A DNA stretch of 63,534 bases, the filler included, from Asterionella formosa (lineage: Eukaryota): assembly GCA_002256025.1 (NCBI GenBank). It is 8 parts of 8 records of this genome, joined end to end, with 100 filler letters (N's around TTAATTAATTAA, not from the genome) between each part and the next. Parts side by side here need not be neighbours in the genome. Positions count along the whole stretch, not along the records: positions 62,359 to 63,534 come from NKIB01003887.1; 7 more parts are not named here. One strand, written 5' to 3'. Made by a program: the position numbers and the translations under genes. Position 1 is the stretch's first letter; every line of letters starts with the position of its first letter. Of this stretch, positions 62,935 through 63,534 are shown in pieces. The notes beneath the pieces are model-generated. The model did no database searches. It saw only the letters and a list, made by a program, of their open reading frames with translations, and was not told the origin of the DNA.

Positions 62935-63534
62935 AACAAGGAAAGACGACACAACAATGAACGTGATGGCTGGTTGTTGAGGATACCGGTATGTGATATG
63001 CATCAATCCATGTCACAAATCATATTATAGTGATGTACATATCAATGCATCTGTATACTTAGATCCTATCCACTGTATAATACTATCATATTAAGTGTTG
63101 ACTTTAAGTGTATACATTAAACGACAAACATATATAATAATTAACATACTTTATGATTGCTTGATTTATATTCTATGATGTCTTGGTAACACTTGCGTAC
63201 ATATTTTATCGTATTTTATGGTCATTGTATTATTTTAACATGATCAAAATTATATCATAAACATTTCATAAAATCATCATAATTTTATGATCAATGAATC
63301 ATAGCTATGTGATGTGCTTTATTCAATATTACGTATCATACTTTGGTGATGTATGCATCGATGTAACCCTATCATGATATCGCAGTATCATCTTATCAAT
63401 CATGATGAGATGATTGGGAAGCAAATGTATTCTGCAACGTGCTACAGGGTATATTATTATATCACGCAATTTAGTAGCTAACAAGTCACTCCGCCTGTAA
63501 TGTACTAAAGTCAACAGTGCACATACCGTTACTC

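Overview
Eukaryotic, intron-containing, gapped draft scaffold that is very probably from a diatom. Evidence: ASAFAP-type bipartite plastid presequences, a theta-type carbonic anhydrase and CoDi-like Copia RT. About eleven host genes can be read: LCIB-family theta-carbonic anhydrase, HMG-box protein, ankyrin-like repeat protein, secreted M11-type metzincin, a 4-TM claudin-like protein, a plastid-targeted Pro/Ala/Val repeat membrane protein, an MBOAT lysophospholipid acyltransferase, a tandem two-domain CaMK-like kinase, a truncated AMP-binding-family mitochondrial protein, ferredoxin-nitrite reductase and UBC9. They are separated by dense, nested, mostly decayed transposons: pogo-like, PIF/Harbinger inside a non-LTR retroelement, IS630/Tc1-like, Crypton-like tyrosine recombinase, Copia, and two TIR elements without a recognisable transposase. 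The most unusual observation is a Mutator-like (MULE) transposase whose DDE catalytic motifs are divided between two convergent ORFs (30114-31337 + and 31380-32906 -). Other notable items: a putatively self-priming LTR, a tail-anchored theta-CA, tRNA-derived SINE-like heads, a PGRL1 gene fragment and a pervasive GGTACC palindrome motif around gene 5' ends. All calls are from manual motif reading; no searches were run.
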